A stretch of DNA of 64,000 nucleotides from Amphiscolops sp. MND2022 (GCA_964187785.1 OZ076409.1:84508001-84572000), one strand, 5' to 3'. Counted from the first letter of the stretch, positions 35,539-51,093 are shown. Translations and numbers: made by a program. The notes: generated by a model from the sequence alone, not told the origin.

Positions 35539-36487
35539 TTTTCCGCCCATATTTCATATGGGAAAGGAAAATATTTAAATCAAACGGGTTTTTTTTACAA
35601 AATTTGCCAAGAAATATTGTTTACGTAATATGAAGAAGTACATTCACAGAATTCAACTGACATCAATTTAGTTCCATGCGATATGTATTTGTAAAGATTT
35701 TTGGACTTTTTTGGCAATGACGGAAATGACCCCATAATGACCCAAAAATGACCCCGAAAATGACAAAAATTCAAAACTTTCCCAATTTTCACCGTTTTCG
35801 TGCATTTTTTGCCATTTTTTCGATAAACATCGTCAATTAGAATGTTGAAAACGTTCAACAAGGCACGAATTCGTTGTCCAATAGTATTCTGAAGAGATAC
35901 ATGCGGTTTTTTAAAAGAAAAATTACCAAAAAAATGACAAAAATTCCAAATTTTTTTGACTTTTAACGTTTTAATGCAATTTTTGTCATTTTTTCGATGA
36001 ACATCGTGGATTAGAATGTTGAAAACGTTCAACAAGGCACGAATTCGTTGTCCAATAGTATTCTTTAAGGAGATAAATGCGTTTTTTCAAAAAAAATTAC
36101 CCCAAAAATGATTTAAAAAATTCCAAAATTTTTCGATTTTTAATGTTTTTATGCAATTTTTGTCAAATTTTTGATAGACTTCGTGGATTAGAATGTTGAA
36201 AACGCTCAACGTGACAGGAATGGCAGGAATTCGTTGTCCAGTATGCTTTTCCGAAGAGATAATGGCTGTTTTCTAAATGAAAAATATATCAAATTCAAAC
36301 CGAAAATGACAAAAAACCCAAAATTTTCCAAATTTCAAAGTTTTTATGCAATTTTTGTCAAATTTGCGACAGACTTCGTAGATTGGAATGTTCAAAAGAG
36401 TCAACAAGGAACAAATTTGTTGTCCAGTAGTCTTTTTCGAAGAGATTTGGGGCGGAAAATATCCCGCTGGTCCGCGGGCGTCTTGTT
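35539..36487 (+). mobile_element. HINE/DINE-1-like non-autonomous element, family B
   Basis: 5' TTTTCCGCCCATAT-TTC-ATATGGGAAAGGAAAA hairpin. 3' subterminal inverted copy GGGCGGAAAA, hairpin CCCGC-N6-GCGGG, then CTTGTT. Internal ~175-bp tandem units (TTAGAATGTTGAAAACGTTCAACAAGG). Confidence 0.65.
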
Positions 36488-39400
36488 TATGGTATTCACA
36501 TATTTATGGTATTGCCTGTAAGTTCATGATGCGTTGAATCCGCGATTTGCCAAAAGAGTTTTTGCCAAAAAATGTTAACTTTTGTAAATTTGATCTCCAA
36601 ACAAAAAATGCCCCTATAATTCAGATCAAAATTTGAGAACGTATTGCTCCTGGGATTCCGTGTCAATTGAAACTCTAAAAATTCTTTGCGACTTGAATTT
36701 TTTGTCAATGAAATCGAGCGTCTTCAGCTTTGTGGTACCCTAGTTTAGTTTGCTGAAATGAAAAAAAATTCTAACCAGTGAAAGTCGGTCGGTTCCTGAA
36801 ATCAAAAAGCATGCAAAGCAGTAAACAAAATGTTTATAGAGGATGACATTTAGGGTAAGATAGATGATTGAAAGGATGCGTGGTTTATATTCATGGCTTG
36901 GTTCTTCGTGGCTAGATGAAAAGCTAACTGTCAGAGTGTATGCAGTTATGCCAACATCTTGCCTGTAGAACTCGAAGCCTTTTGACCACAATTGTTGTAT
37001 TAATGGAATAGATGCCAACGATTTGCTTGTTGAATTCAATCAATAATACCCGCAGCAGTAATGAGGAATTTAATTGGTAATGGAAAAATTTAATTGGTGC
37101 AGCTAAATAATCAACAAAACGGCTAAGCCTAGAAGCATCGAAAGCATTCTGAAACGCGCTTCGGTTTCCTGTTTCATTTAATTTTGCTAACAAGGTAAAG
37201 CAATTGAACGAACGGGTCTCATTAACGCTTGTTTTTTTCCAGATGAGTCACGGGTTTGACGTTAAAAGGAAATTGTGTGCAACATACACATTTCAACAGG
37301 AAACGCTAATGAGGTCGTCAGCTCAATGTATAAAAATGCCACCATTGGTTTTTTCTTGAATTATCGGGTATTTGCTTTTTAAAGTATACGCCATTCAAAA
37401 TGATAATAAGTCCCTTTGGAAGTAATTTTTCACAATGAAAAACCAAAGCACGGTGACAAGAAAATTGCAGCACCTAAGTACGAGAAGCAAACGATTCGAT
37501 ATTGCCATCTTTTGGCATTCCGTTTTTTTCTGCTTCTTGTTTACGTGTAGGTTGTATGATAAATTCAGAGAGTGAAGAAGCAGTTATGTGGTAATTTTCT
37601 GACGTCACTGACTTGTATAGAATGTTATTTTTTGAATCATTATAAAAAGCTTTCTCGAAAACCTATTGCAACCAAAAATCATCTGTTTTTCTTCACTTCG
37701 AAAATTTTCAAATTGTCTTTTATAAGTGAAACGAATCGTGCGTTTTCGGCATAAAAAACCTAATGACGAACAGTTCTTTGTATCTTTTTTGTGCAAGGAG
37801 AAAATGATATTTTGAAATTTATGGGAGAAAGAGTTTTTTGCAATTTTGTAACGTAACGACTCATAAAATGGAGAAGACAGATTTATGCGATTAGGAGCTC
37901 GTAAAGTAAGAAACGTCAATATTTTATGGACTTTATGGGTTACAGGGAAAAGTTATATGCAGTTATTTCTAGGCTGAAAACATTTTCTCCCTAGTTGCCG
38001 GGTGGGGTCTTTTGAAGATGAGTAATATCATAAATTTATTGTTGGGCCTGTCATCGAATTTCTCTTATTTAATTTTTTCTTTTCCGCTTTTCTGACACTT
38101 GTTCTGGTTGCTCTGCATAAATTCAGGGGGCATAACGGTGCCAGATGTTAATGGAATTTTGACAAGCCATTTCCCAATAAAAAAGCAGCCAGCGAAAGCC
38201 AGTGGTTTTTTGTTCTCGTTAGAGTGTAACCAACCAGTCTATCCTTATTCCACGTCTGCTGCCACAAAAATCCGTAATGAAGAAATTTTCCAAAATTTTT
38301 CCCTAAGTGTTTTCTCAACTTGACGTCGTAATGCGCTGAGTTCTTGTAACTGCAGAGCACTGACTTTTTTATCGCACAAATTCTTATCGATCGTTAATAA
38401 AAAATTTCAGCCCCTGACATTAAAAAAAGTAGCTCAACAGTCATGCCTTGAATTTTTCCTCCTCGTTTTTTTTCAGAAATTGAAGAAAGCTTGTATTTTT
38501 AGTACTTTCGCAGAAACGCATACAAGTACGTCTGTGAATGCTACGCAAAATTGCTCAAAAATCGAAGCAGGAAATTGAATATTTGGTGGAGATTTTTATG
38601 CAACGCACGCAGATTCAATTTTGTGAGATTGCTCGAATGGGGTTGAAAAAGTAAATAGATATTTGGATGAAGGTTCTATGGAACAATTAGAATGGGACAA
38701 GTAGAAAATGGTGTATGCAAATAACACCATTACACCTACGCTCATTTGTTCGAGTTTGCAAAAGCCCACTTTACAAATAGGCTGAAGAATTAGTACCACA
38801 TGACCAAATGAGTCAATTGGCTAATTTAACTCCCATAATCCGAGAAAAAAGAACTCACCTCAAAACGGACGTCTATAACCATCAGTGGTGTCCTCTCTAA
38901 TGAAACAAACTTTCTTAGATTTAGATTCCCTAGCGGGGTTTTTCGGACAAAGTGGTAATATCAGAAGTGTCAAAATTTAGAAAAATATCGATTTTTAGCT
39001 AATTAAATTTCAGTTTTGTGTAACTTTTCCTGGTCTGGGAAAAGGGCGGTTTCAGGAGAGACATTTTGGGAGATATACCACATCGGGATTGATGATTGCA
39101 ATGGCTTCTTTCTTCAATCTAATTTATTTTAGGGATGACTCAATCAAGGCAATAAGGCCAATTTGCGCAGTGCAGGTGCAAAATAGCCTAGATAATGAGA
39201 ATAATTTTGTCAAGTGCTCCCTAAGTTCAATTTCAAAGCTTAACTCTTCTGAGCCTTCAGGACAATATCTCTTGAATTCAATATATTTTCAATAAAACTC
39301 AAATGCCATTAGCCCTAATAAGTGAAAAAATGCTATATAACCGTCACTATACTTTTTATATTTGAAAACCACGCGGAAAAGTATACGCGGAAAAAGTATA

Positions 39401-42400
39401 TCGGGATATAACATTTTCAGTCACCCTCAAAAATATTGACAAGCCACTTACTTTTTGGTCAGCACAGAATAACAGTTGAAGACAGAGATCAACTTGTGAT
39501 TTTTTAATTTCCAGTGAAGAATTAATATTTACTTCCCCAGGACAAAGAACGACAGTTTTTAAAGAGGTTTTTTTGTTCAGGTCACTTTGTTATTTTTGGT
39601 GACCGTTTGGAACGGGAAAACATGAACGGGAAAAAGAAGAGAACAACACGGAGAAAGTATGAGAAAATGAAATACAACAAGTGTATTGAGAGGTGATTGC
39701 TATTGAAGTATTATGGGGTAAAATGTAGTAGGAGGATAATCTAACTTTAGCACCTATTTATCCTGATGGCATCACAAATATAAAAGAGGATGCTAGAGAA
39801 ATATGGGAATGGTAACGATGAAGAAAGTCACATATGTCTTGGAACTTATGTTGTTTTTCCTCAGAGTATGGTTATGGGAGTAAGGGGCGGGAGTTCGCCC
39901 CCAACCGGATGAGGGGTATTGTGAGAAGAGGTAAAAGGTAGCAGTCTTATTAGAATGGGGGGGTATAAAAAGGGGATATTAGAAGGACAAGGGAGAAAAT
40001 TTGGAAGACACGGATGGATGGAGGGTACAAAGATATGGGTAGGGAGCTGGTATAGGCTAGGAACGAAGGTGGATGTGGGAAAGAGACCTGGGAAATATTA
40101 TTTGCAATTAACAATTCTTACTGTTATAAAGTAACAATTGAAGCGAGTCTTTTATGAAATCGATAATTCGTCGTATGCATAAATATACGATTCCGCTGGG
40201 AGTAAATGTCATATATTTCTCATTATGTATGCTAGGTTAGTAAGAACAAACCGATTTTTTATTATAACATCAAGCATCATTTTTCATTGCCAAATTCCGC
40301 TCCATCATAAATTTATGGCACATTTGCTGCGCAACCGTATCATATTACATACTTAATAAACTTGAGCATTCCCATGACACTCAAAGGCGGCAAACGCAAC
40401 AACAAGACAACAACATAAGCCACAACGTCAAAACAACCAAAGTGCCAACTGGATACTGGATACGACAGTCCACAAAAACAACAACAACTATTATTATTAC
40501 AAAAACACGAAAAATTCTGTCACATTTTTTCTTTCCTGTTATTTTTTCGTTCTTTTTACATCCCACTCTTGATATCGAACATTACTATGAGAGCTCAATG
40601 ATCTGTTAATCCACGTTCCTACACAACACCCCCTCTTGTTAATCTACCCACCAAGTCACGTGTATAATTTTTAAAACAAAAATTACCGGTAAAATGCAGA
40701 CGCGGGTCCCCCAACCGACCACTTTGTAACTGCTCCGTAATCTCTTGGTATCCTCTCTAATCCCAGATAGAAAAAAGATGCATGACTCATCGCATGAAAG
40801 TACCGGTTTTGAATTTTGAAACAGAACAATTGGATTATACTACGATTACTTCGTTGGTGTTTTATTAAAACATGAGGAAGTATAATGGAGTGATAATGAA
40901 ATGCAAGTATTAAAAATATGAAAAAGGTTCTACCCAAAATTTTAACAGCTCCTGATTAAAAAATAGAAAAAACGAAGAAAAATTATTGTTGGAATCCGGA
41001 TAGAAACAAGCGTTTTAGTTCGCAGGCATTTATGATTAGAAATGAAAAGGCGTTGTTTTGCAGAAATCAACAAAAAGTTGTGCAGTTTTCAAAAAGCCAA
41101 TCGTACTAATAATTTACTAGATAATTAGAAAAACAATACTGAAAACAGTCAATTTTCAGTCTCCGTGCCTAATCTTCACACAATTGAAGTGAATTTTTGA
41201 ATCAGGGGAATAATTGCTGACGTGAACATTTTTTTCCGCTTAGTGCATCAATTCATAGCGGGAAAACACAAATTAAAATTACAAATACAAAACAGTGCAC
41301 GTGAATTTTTTTTCAAATATGTCTAATTATGCTTTACAAGTGGAAATTATTTTGGGAAACACTCTAGGGAGTTACTAGGCTTTTAAGGCCGAAAGGGACG
41401 ATGAAGCTTGAGAGATGGGTTGATTCATTCCCAAGGAAAAATTATAACAATTTTCAAAAATTCCATAAGCAGAAAACTACTAACCTACCTTCAGCCGGGA
41501 AAATTGGGATGTGAATAAGAAATGGAGGGAGGAATTTTTGCGCGGGAGAGTTTTCAGAATGCTAGCGAGGAGAAGCGACTAAATTCGATTGATGTATCAG
41601 CAGGTTGTGTAGTGGCTGCTGCATCATCTATGGAGCTGCGAGGAGAGTATATTAAAATGTTACAGCACTAGTGGGGTAGTTGTTTGCAAATGTTTAATGC
41701 CTCCCGTAAAATATAGCAGCATAAGGAACAACGACAAGTCACGGGAGCGAGTCTACACAGAGCGAAAGAGAAAGAGCAGAGTGCGAAAAGGCGCGTAGTT
41801 GGGTTTTTTGTGACTGATTACGCACTATGGTTGTCGGCGGTATGAACCTCATAAAAAATTTATGTTGATAATTTCTTTTCTGACACCTGGTAAATTAACT
41901 TCAGGAAATTAATTTGCTTTCATGCCCGCGGCTATGTGCCGAAAAGCTATTGATCAATCTACGCGACACGACAATTTTCATCGCAATTACTTATCTTTGT
42001 GATTATCAATCGCTACCATCCAAAATTTACCTTCTCTGCTAAATTACTTTTTCAGGCCAGCTCTTCTCTGGCTTCTATATCTGTTCACGCTCCATGGCCC
42101 TCCCCTTCTGTGGTCGCCAAATGGAAAATTTGATTTGTTTTTCCATACCTGCTTGCCCTGCTTTGATCTCCAGCCGAACTAATAACCCCTTACCCGACCC
42201 CGCCGACTTGCATCTCACAATCACAGATTGCATTAACACTAAAAGTTCTCCGCGTGCGCAACAACAACTGCAGTTAGAGCCCGACCCGAAATTATGCCAG
42301 AGATATACGATGGCAAGAAGCAATTTGGCGAATCTGCATAAATTTATTATTCCCTTTCTTATCTTGCGCAGGAATTTTGGCAAGAATAATTAGAGAAACT

Positions 42401-45400
42401 CGTGAAAAATCTTTGTTTTTACTGGGGAGGATCTATCTATAGTTAATGAGAATTAAGGAGGAGTTAGCTTCAAATGAAAAGACAAAACGGACAAACGAGC
42501 AAACGCTGTTGTTGAGTTGGCCACTGATGGGAATTGAAAAAAAAGCGTTTATTTTTGCAGTAAATATTTATTTTTGCTGACCAAATTGTTGGGTCTTCGA
42601 AACAAAGTATAGCGGTAGAATGACCAGACTATACGGTAGTTGTGATTAACAGCCAGATCTACGCGGCGCATCTGCGTTTTAATAATTCATCAATGTTTGC
42701 CGATGTGAGCACCTGGTCAATTTCATTGAATAAACTTCCTTCTGTAATTTGCTTAAGCTCTTTTTTAGCAGGTGATGGCTACTGCCACTTAAATACTTTT
42801 TCATCCCTCGTTGTGGCTACCACAAATCACTCACACAAAAGCAAACCAACCATTCTCCATGCACTCTATTCTACGCTTTTTAGACCATCCGTTTTTACAG
42901 CCAAATCATTTGCGCTCATTTATTCAGTCAACTGCTTGCTTATTCCATGTAAGAATGAAAACACTGATAACCGCTAAAAAGTGCAAAAAAATGGCGGTAA
43001 ACATGGTAGTTTGGTGCTAATGGTGCAAGTCCTTGGTATGCAAATGCTGAATGACTGATTTTATTATCACCTGATTTCAACTCAATCTTTTAAGCATTTT
43101 TATGTGAGAACCTTTTGTTTGGTTTCGTAAAACACTGGCGCCGAACTTTGGCACCGGCGTTGTTGTATCAAAATTTGTTCAAACACAAAGACTGCCTTTT
43201 TTCTTTGTTTTCACCGTTTCCGCAGAACCTATCTGTCTCTGAGATTTTTGTCGAAGCAGTTTTAAAAATCAGAAACAAAAAAGGAAGAAAAAACGAAAAA
43301 AAATCAGACACTTCACAGATAAGGGAATTCGAAGTTCGATTTGTAAAAAATTCCAAAACTATGCGTGAAATTGATTCAATATAAATTCACATTTTGATAA
43401 ATCTCTTGCTTTTGATGCGGTGAAAAAAATGGCTTGCAAATGATTTCTTGGAATGAATTGTCATCCATAGCATACATCTGCGAAACGAAACTTTTCTCAG
43501 TATTTTCCGCATATTAAACGCACAGTTTAAACGCATATTAACTATAAATTGCAGCCTACAGACGAAGCAGAAAACGAACAAATTCAGTGATTATATTTCA
43601 CGTTTATCTACATTGTATTTCACACTGTGCAGTGTTTTTTTAGACTGATTCGAAAATGAGTATTACTCATAAACGCACAGCGCATTTCCATAAAAATGGC
43701 GTCCGTTCTTTTAATCACGCATCGATGACGAAGATGATGTTTGTTTGAGTAGACCTGCCTCCCGGCTGCTATCCTGGAATGGGAAAAGAGCAATATTGGA
43801 TTGCGTGTGAAATTTAATAAACCTAGATTAAATAGAGGTTCTTTGTTAACGGCTCTTAATATCGAGTCATTTCATTCACGTTGTTAAATGGACTAAAACA
43901 GCAAAACAGTTTTGAATTTTTCCAGTCATAGACCAGCTTCACTAGCCGGTCATGCTTCTATGATTGCAATAACCGGGGAAATAAAAAGTTATTAATAAAA
44001 TATAAGGAGATTGCTTCCAGGACGTCCACGCGAAGAAATCAACAATCCCCCCCCACAACGAAAAAAATACCTGCCGCATCGCGACCCCTGTTCCGGGCAT
44101 CCGGGTTGTGACAAATATATTTCCAATCTATGAGCGTGATGTTTTTCCCGGCTCTCTCTTCTGACTCTGGTAGTGAACAGCACAACCTAGGCTCATTACT
44201 TACTTTATAACAGCGGCGGCACTGTTTGGCGCCCACTTACTGTTTTGTGAATAATCGATGGGGTTGGCACCGACTCTGAAGTAAAGCTATTTCTTCTTCT
44301 TCGACTTCTATAAGCAATCCCTGGCCATACACAGTAAAAATTCTTGTTCAGAATTTACAAAGCGCTTTAATGAATTATCAAGTATTTACTATTGATTGAC
44401 ATGTGATCCGGCGTTGATGCAGAAAAGATATTTCCAACCATTGTGCCCCCCCCCCACAAACATTCATACATGGCCTTTAATTCTGACCCCTTGCCTTATC
44501 GCTGTATTCTCTCATTCCATAGCTCAGTCGCAGCAACACACGTTATATCACATCATAAGATGGAAAAAAAGACAAAAAAATGAAGCTTACCTTTGCGCCG
44601 TGCTTCATCTGCGTTCACGCTTTTTTCAATGGGCAAAATTGGTAAAGGGAAGATTAAGTCCGAAATTAGCCTTCCATTCAATGAATTATTGTCAAAAATT
44701 CTATTTCCTCCAACGGATAAAAGCAATACTTTTTACCTACCGATCGTGTGAAAAGTCAACCTATGATGTTAAAATACAAAACATGCCATGTTTTTGTTTC
44801 CTTTTCTTACATTAACCTCTGACCAGCACAATGCTCTGAAGCGTTTTCTCTTATTTTTCTGCAAAAATGAGCCTTTGAACAAGGCTCAATCAGAATGTGT
44901 GATTTTTGTCCATGGCTGTAATGGCGTTCGAATATGACTCATTTTTGTATTTTTCTTTTTATCATGACAGATTGTATTGAGTGATCGGTCGTTAAAGACC
45001 ACCGGCGTATAATTACATTTTATAAAAAATAGTTATGAGGGGGCTTTTCGGGAGAAGTAATATATAGTTATATCACCCCACACTGGTAAATTGGACAAGT
45101 TATCTGGCAGCAAGCCGGTCACGTGTGTTTCCAATATCCGTTAGTAAACTAGAAAAAAGTAAAAATAACAGCGAAATTTATTGCATTTGTTTGTTCCAAT
45201 AGGAAATGGCTCCGTTCTTTTTCCACTTTACTGATCAACCCTTTTTTCCCACATAATGGAAAAATGGCTGGTATCTTTATATGACAATTTCTCCCATTTG
45301 TTCCTCTATCTAACTAATCCGTTCTATGATATATGTATTAAATATTGAATATATAATATTTAGAGAAATTTGAGCAATTTCACGAAAACGCCCAATTATA

Positions 45401-48400
45401 TATATTTCTGCGAACTTCCAAGATTTATCGCATAAAAAATCATAATTTCTCTCGAAGAAATTACGGCAAACAATATTTGTAGATAGAAAGTAGATAAAAA
45501 GTGTTATCGTACCCTCTGAAGAATATTCAGAGGAAAACCATTGAAGTTAATCGTCGTGTTCAATGGATTGGACATCTTTGCGTTTCACGATGGTGGTGTG
45601 ATCAAAAATATTTGTAAACAATGAGGTTACATTAAAATGATTACCAGTCGCGGCTACTGTAGCTGTTCTTGTTTACCGTGGCGCAAATGGTTCGAAAAAA
45701 CAGCGAAGCAGGGAACTTGAAAAGAGTCAAATGAAGTGTTGAAAAGTAATTTATGCTGACATTATTTGATTATTTCGACGTATTCGTGGAAACAATTCAG
45801 ACAAAAGACTGAAAATAAATCCATCAACCAGGGAAATTGAATTATCAAGCACTTCTGAGAAGCACAAACGCATACAAATTAACCAGTTAGTGCTTTGATC
45901 TGGGGATCGGTTATTATCAGCGCCGCACTCAGGAGAATGCACGCACATCGTTTCCCTAACCAATTCCAGCCAACGATTCGCTATGTTTTCCCTTTATAGC
46001 ACCAGCCTGGATTTTTGGATCTGCTTGTTTAATATTCAAGTCTTAAGTCACCGCCACTAAAATAGCACGAGTCGAATTGCTTTTATCCCCTATTGCTAAT
46101 GGCGATTATTGTGATTAGGATGAGACAGCGCCGCCGACGCCATTTCAAACCCTTCATTCACACCTCGTCTTAATACATCATTACCCTCACTCTCATATAT
46201 CACACCACTACGCGTACTGGAAGTAACAACCGGATTGCTTGTATTCATGATTCGAACTACAGCACGTATAACAAATACCCTCAATTTATCAACATCCATC
46301 CAAGTTGTAGCGCTGCTCTTTCACACTTTCAGCCACCGCCCTCCCAGAGTTTTCACACTCAGAAGTGTTTGCAAATAATGGAATAAATGAGATAGCACCA
46401 GTTTAGCGAGCCTGAAAGATCTTCACACCAACAAGAGATGCTTGAAAAGATAGCCCAAGAATTTGTTATCAATCATGAGTTGATAGAGGAATTTATAGCG
46501 ACATGAGAGTAAAATCAATTATGACCGAAATTCAAGGTAGATTGTTAAGTAAATTCTTCATTAATATCGGTAAAGGTTACTTTTCATCAACTATTTCAGT
46601 TACATTGATTAAATGTTTGCAGTATGCCTATTACAAAAACAACGCAGTTACGCCCAATCTGGATCCAAAAAGCTGTATATTGACAAAATCTTACGCAGTG
46701 GTCTTTTATGTCACAAACAACAAGGAATACGAACACATCAATATAGTCAAAATGAGTGAAAAATGTTTTGTTCAAACAAAAAATTTTTCCAATAGACTTT
46801 TAATTTTCTGTTTTGAAAGGTTTTGGTTTGATTTAGTATAGTCTGAAATTTTTCAGGAAATTTACTTTCAAAAATTTTGGTGGTGGGGGGCAGAAAAGAG
46901 CCGTCTTTTTTTACAGTGATGCAGAACAAAATGGCTTCATGCGGCATTTTTTTCAAAAAAATAGCAATAGTTCTTTTGCTATAATTTTCATATAAAAGTA
47001 TCGAGGTACGTTAAAAAAAAGAAAATGGTTTCATAAAAGGAACACGCCGCCTGAACTGATGTGCATATTTATCAAAAAATGTTTACAAAAAAATAGTCCA
47101 TATGAGCAACAAGCATCCTGGATAAAATGAGCCTTTTGTCTACAATTTTCCAACAGTTGGCGGCGAGCATTTTCAGTTAGCAGTCAGATGTTTTTTAAAC
47201 AAAGATAATTTGTTAGACAAAACGTCAAAAAATTCACAGATTGGCATTTCTTTTCAGCCGATAAAAATCATTCTTCACGCCGCTTAGATCGCATATGCGA
47301 AGAATGACGTTTGCTTCATTCTCTACTAAACAATTCACAAATAGCACATGCTCTGCATGAACAAAAAATGCAAAGGCAGTCAGTCGTCCATTTGAAAAAT
47401 CAATACAATGTTATTCTTTAGTTTTACGTTGTGAAAAAAATACACATTTGAATGACGGAACACTTAGCTCAGAATGAAATGGCGGTTTATAAAAGTTGAA
47501 CTTTATTAACCAAATTTGCCAGAGTCCGGGGACAATAAAACGCCCATGGGATAAACATAGGTGTTGAGTAATCGCAACTATTTAATGACTAAACTAATAA
47601 AAAATTCCCGCTTGGCTGTAATTGAATCACTTAATCATACCTACACCTGGCGTTTTCCTGAAGCAAATGAGATGTATAACACTGGCTTAAAATTACAATA
47701 TATTCCAACGTTGCAACAAAAAAGTAGCATACGCGTTTAATTGCGAGCTCACAAAAATCTTGGGTAGTTGATATGAAATAAAAAGGGTATGAATAAGTTT
47801 TGGTAAATTGGTACTTCAGACTTGCCGTGGATATATTGCAACTCGTCAATCTTGAAATAGAGGTGAAACTTGGAAGAATGAATGGAAAACTTTCGCGTTG
47901 ACAACACAACAAAAAACTTAAAACCGGTTGTACAAACTGTAAAATCTGCAGTGCAAAAACCCTGCGCAGGCCTTTATTTGCAATTGGCAATGAACGGCCT
48001 TTCAGACGCTGAGCAATTTGCAACTGAAACCAGATTTCACGAACAATTAACTTTTCAAGTTAGATTGAATAAAGAATAAAACTAACCTCTGTTATGATGG
48101 TAGAATTCGAATTGAAGATTTTTGGCTCAGAGCCTTCTAATCAGTCAGTGATGATTTTGATTCAGAAGGTTTGAAAAACTCGGAAGGTTAAGCGGTAACA
48201 TCAAGTATTGACAGAGAAAAAGGGTGAATATAACGGAATCAGAGCGGAGCTGAAGATATACTGCAGACAATTTGAACGCTGATTGTTATCCTAGCAAAAT
48301 CGAACAGTTTGAAGTTGAATGTAAACTCATTTTTTGAGCTCAAAAAGAAACCTATAGTTAACAAAAGATTTGACGCCGCCCGGTAACGAAAAACGAAGAA

Positions 48401-50556
48401 AGTTTTGATTTTTATGGAATTTTTCAACAAAGTTGAAAATGTTTGCGAGAAGTTACACAGGGAAAACGAAAAACTGGCCAGTTTGGAATTTGTAATTTTT
48501 ATAACTGAATTACCCAGTGTAGCATATTTCAGGAATTTTGTGATCCAAGATGACCGACTTTTTAGTACTCCCGCATTGAACTTATCCCTAATAACCTTTT
48601 TATTTCCCCGAAACTGAGACACATAATAGAAAGTGTGACAACACAGGAGCCTATGAATAATCAAATTTTCCATTCCTGCTAGACCAACAAAACCGTCCTG
48701 GTGTTTCTCTATCCCCCATCTTAATTCCCCCTCTCCCTACTTTTGGGTGTTTTTGATACTTACAATAACTTGTAGATGAAATTGAAGTACGGCGGATTGT
48801 ATACAGACTAGTTCCAGACCGAACAGAGTTTTGGCGTGAAAATAGATAGTACTGGCGGAAAATTCAGAGCCGGCGGAGTGAACCGACCGCAGAACCGCTG
48901 CTGGAAAGAGGAAAGTCAGGAATGAAGGAAAAAGAAGAGGGAGAAAAAAAGGGAATTTGGCAGAGCCAAAACCGAGGATAGCAGTAGCAGTTGTTGCTGT
49001 TTCGGAGAAGGAAAAGAGGCAAAATGGAATGGTTCACGGTAGAAGCGACAGGCACCGGGAAGGAAAAGAAAGTAGTGGGAAAATGATGATGAATCTACAG
49101 AGCGGTGGCGGCGGTTGGGGTGAAGGCTGCTGCTGCAGAAGATGGAAGAGGAAATATCTATATTTTTTAAAAGTAGAGAAGAAAGTAGGCAAGAAATGAA
49201 AGAAAGATGGATCACTGGAGTGTTGTTGGTCGCAGCAGATATTGATGCCTGCTGTTTGTGATGCAACCGCGGTGGCTACTCTTATTTTCTTTTCAGCCAG
49301 GCAAGGTACCTTCTCTTTCCTCAACTGAACGCAACCGCAGTCGCAGCCGCTCCGTTTTTATAGCTCCATCTCCGCGAATGATGTAAACTGGAGATGGGAT
49401 GAATTTTGAAATGTTCGCTGGTAGTAGTGGTAGTATTAGCAGCAGTACTGGCGAACCAAACCGGCAAGCAAGAACTGGTCGCTCCAAATAAACGCCTAAT
49501 AATAAAAAAGAGCTGGTCATGTATCATTGCGCAGCAAACACTCCATAATTTTATTTATCTTCAATCAACCAGCCAATGGCATTTCGTTTGCTCTAGTTTT
49601 TTTGCTCTAGCACCATCCATACACGATGATGCAAATTCCACAATCCTCCGCTGAAATTGCGTCTAGGACGAAGAGCAAGCATGGTCGCTGTGCTTCCGTC
49701 GCTGCGGCTGTTATTATAAAACGTCATCTCCGTGCCGCGACGCCACTGTAGAAATTTTGTGAAAAGTCAAGTAATATTTTCGTTCCTATTTCTTGTTTTT
49801 CTCTTATCCTTGCTCAATAATGCTAATAACTTGACGCACTCATTTTTCTCCTCTGTTTCCTTCTTTTTCTCCTCTGCTGTTGCTGTTTTTCTGCCTCCTT
49901 TTCCCTTCTTTGCTTCCCAGCTCAGCAAAAAGGATAAGACAACGACTGTTGGGATTTGAATAACACGTGCGGGAGGGGAGATGCCATATATATTATAATA
50001 CACAACTTGTATGTGTGTATGTATATGTACGCAGTTTTCTTATAAATAATAGTTATGTACGTCAGCGAGGCACCGATGTTAAATGCTAATACAATATTAT
50101 GATGAAATTTCACACTCTATTGCAAAAATGAACCAAAACACACTGCATTTAATTTTTTGTGGTCGTTGACACGCAGTATATTTTTATCAGAAAAAAAGCC
50201 TGTCATGAATTTGTTTGTGAGGCGAATATTATTCATGAAAAATCCCCCATTATAATCTTCCATTAGAAATTTCCCAAAGTCATAATGCAGAAAATGATCA
50301 GCATCGTTTCCATAAATATTCAAGCAAATTCGAGATCCCAATTTCAAACTCATCAAATATACATTTCTTGCAAGCTCCAATTTAACAGTCAACTTCAAAT
50401 TTAGTAGATCTTGAAACTGAAAACGTTCATGATCAAAAGCGGGCCGATAGATTTTTTGTTGGACCCGGTCAGTTCTATTTTTTGAAATGCATTTAGATCA
50501 AATTTTCACATAACAATATCCCTTCCAGATTTATGAAAAATTAAGAGCGGCCTTTA

Positions 50557-51093
50557 TTAGTCGGCGCTTTTGGCGAAAAGTGCCCGACTCTTACAGTGGG
50601 TAGTTTTTTTACACGCGTAAGGTCACTTTTGTGTTCATTTGTTCAACAACTTGAACTACGGAAGTTCAAAACTCTCGAAACCTCAGAACCTCGCCAAAAC
50701 AGAAAGAATCAAAACCGACGTCCAGAATCTCGAAAATACACTAATGATCCCTTGGCTATCTAGGTGTTTTTCACTTTTTTCGGCATTATGCGACTTTTTT
50801 GAAAGTTTTTGGATTACACCAAAGGGTCCCTTCATTTGTTTTGATACTTTGCAACACAATGGATGTCAAAAATCCCAAAGGGTCCCCCTTTTATATTTTT
50901 GGCACTGTGTCACTGTTAAAAAATCTCATTTTTAAAATTTTTTTCTGGAATATTTTAAAGTCTCCAAAGGGTCCCCCCTTCAATTTTCATCATATTTTGC
51001 AAGCAACTGGAGTTTCACAAAACCCAAAGGGTCCCCCATTTCACAATTTTGAGCCTCAGATATAGCGCCGACCTTGACCGTTCCCGGCTTGTT
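50557..51093 (+). mobile_element. HINE/DINE-1-like non-autonomous element, family A
   Basis: 5' TTAGTCGGCGCTTTT...AAAAGTGCCCGACT inverted pair; internal AAAGGGTCCC repeats; 3' AGCGCCGAC...CCGTTCCCGG-CTTGTT; T-rich flanks. Confidence 0.65.

Noticed and set aside
31187..36487. Large inverted repeat resembling a Foldback element around 33680-35540
   Set aside because: Each arm has its own complete HINE-type 5' and 3' ends and a different length. Two independent head-to-head insertions explain it better.
36500..50500. Short ORFs (60-140 aa) as host genes, including the purine-rich/low-complexity 48860-49960 region
   Set aside because: No recognisable domains and the compositions are typical of chance frames. 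Small exons of a host gene cannot be excluded without RNA data.
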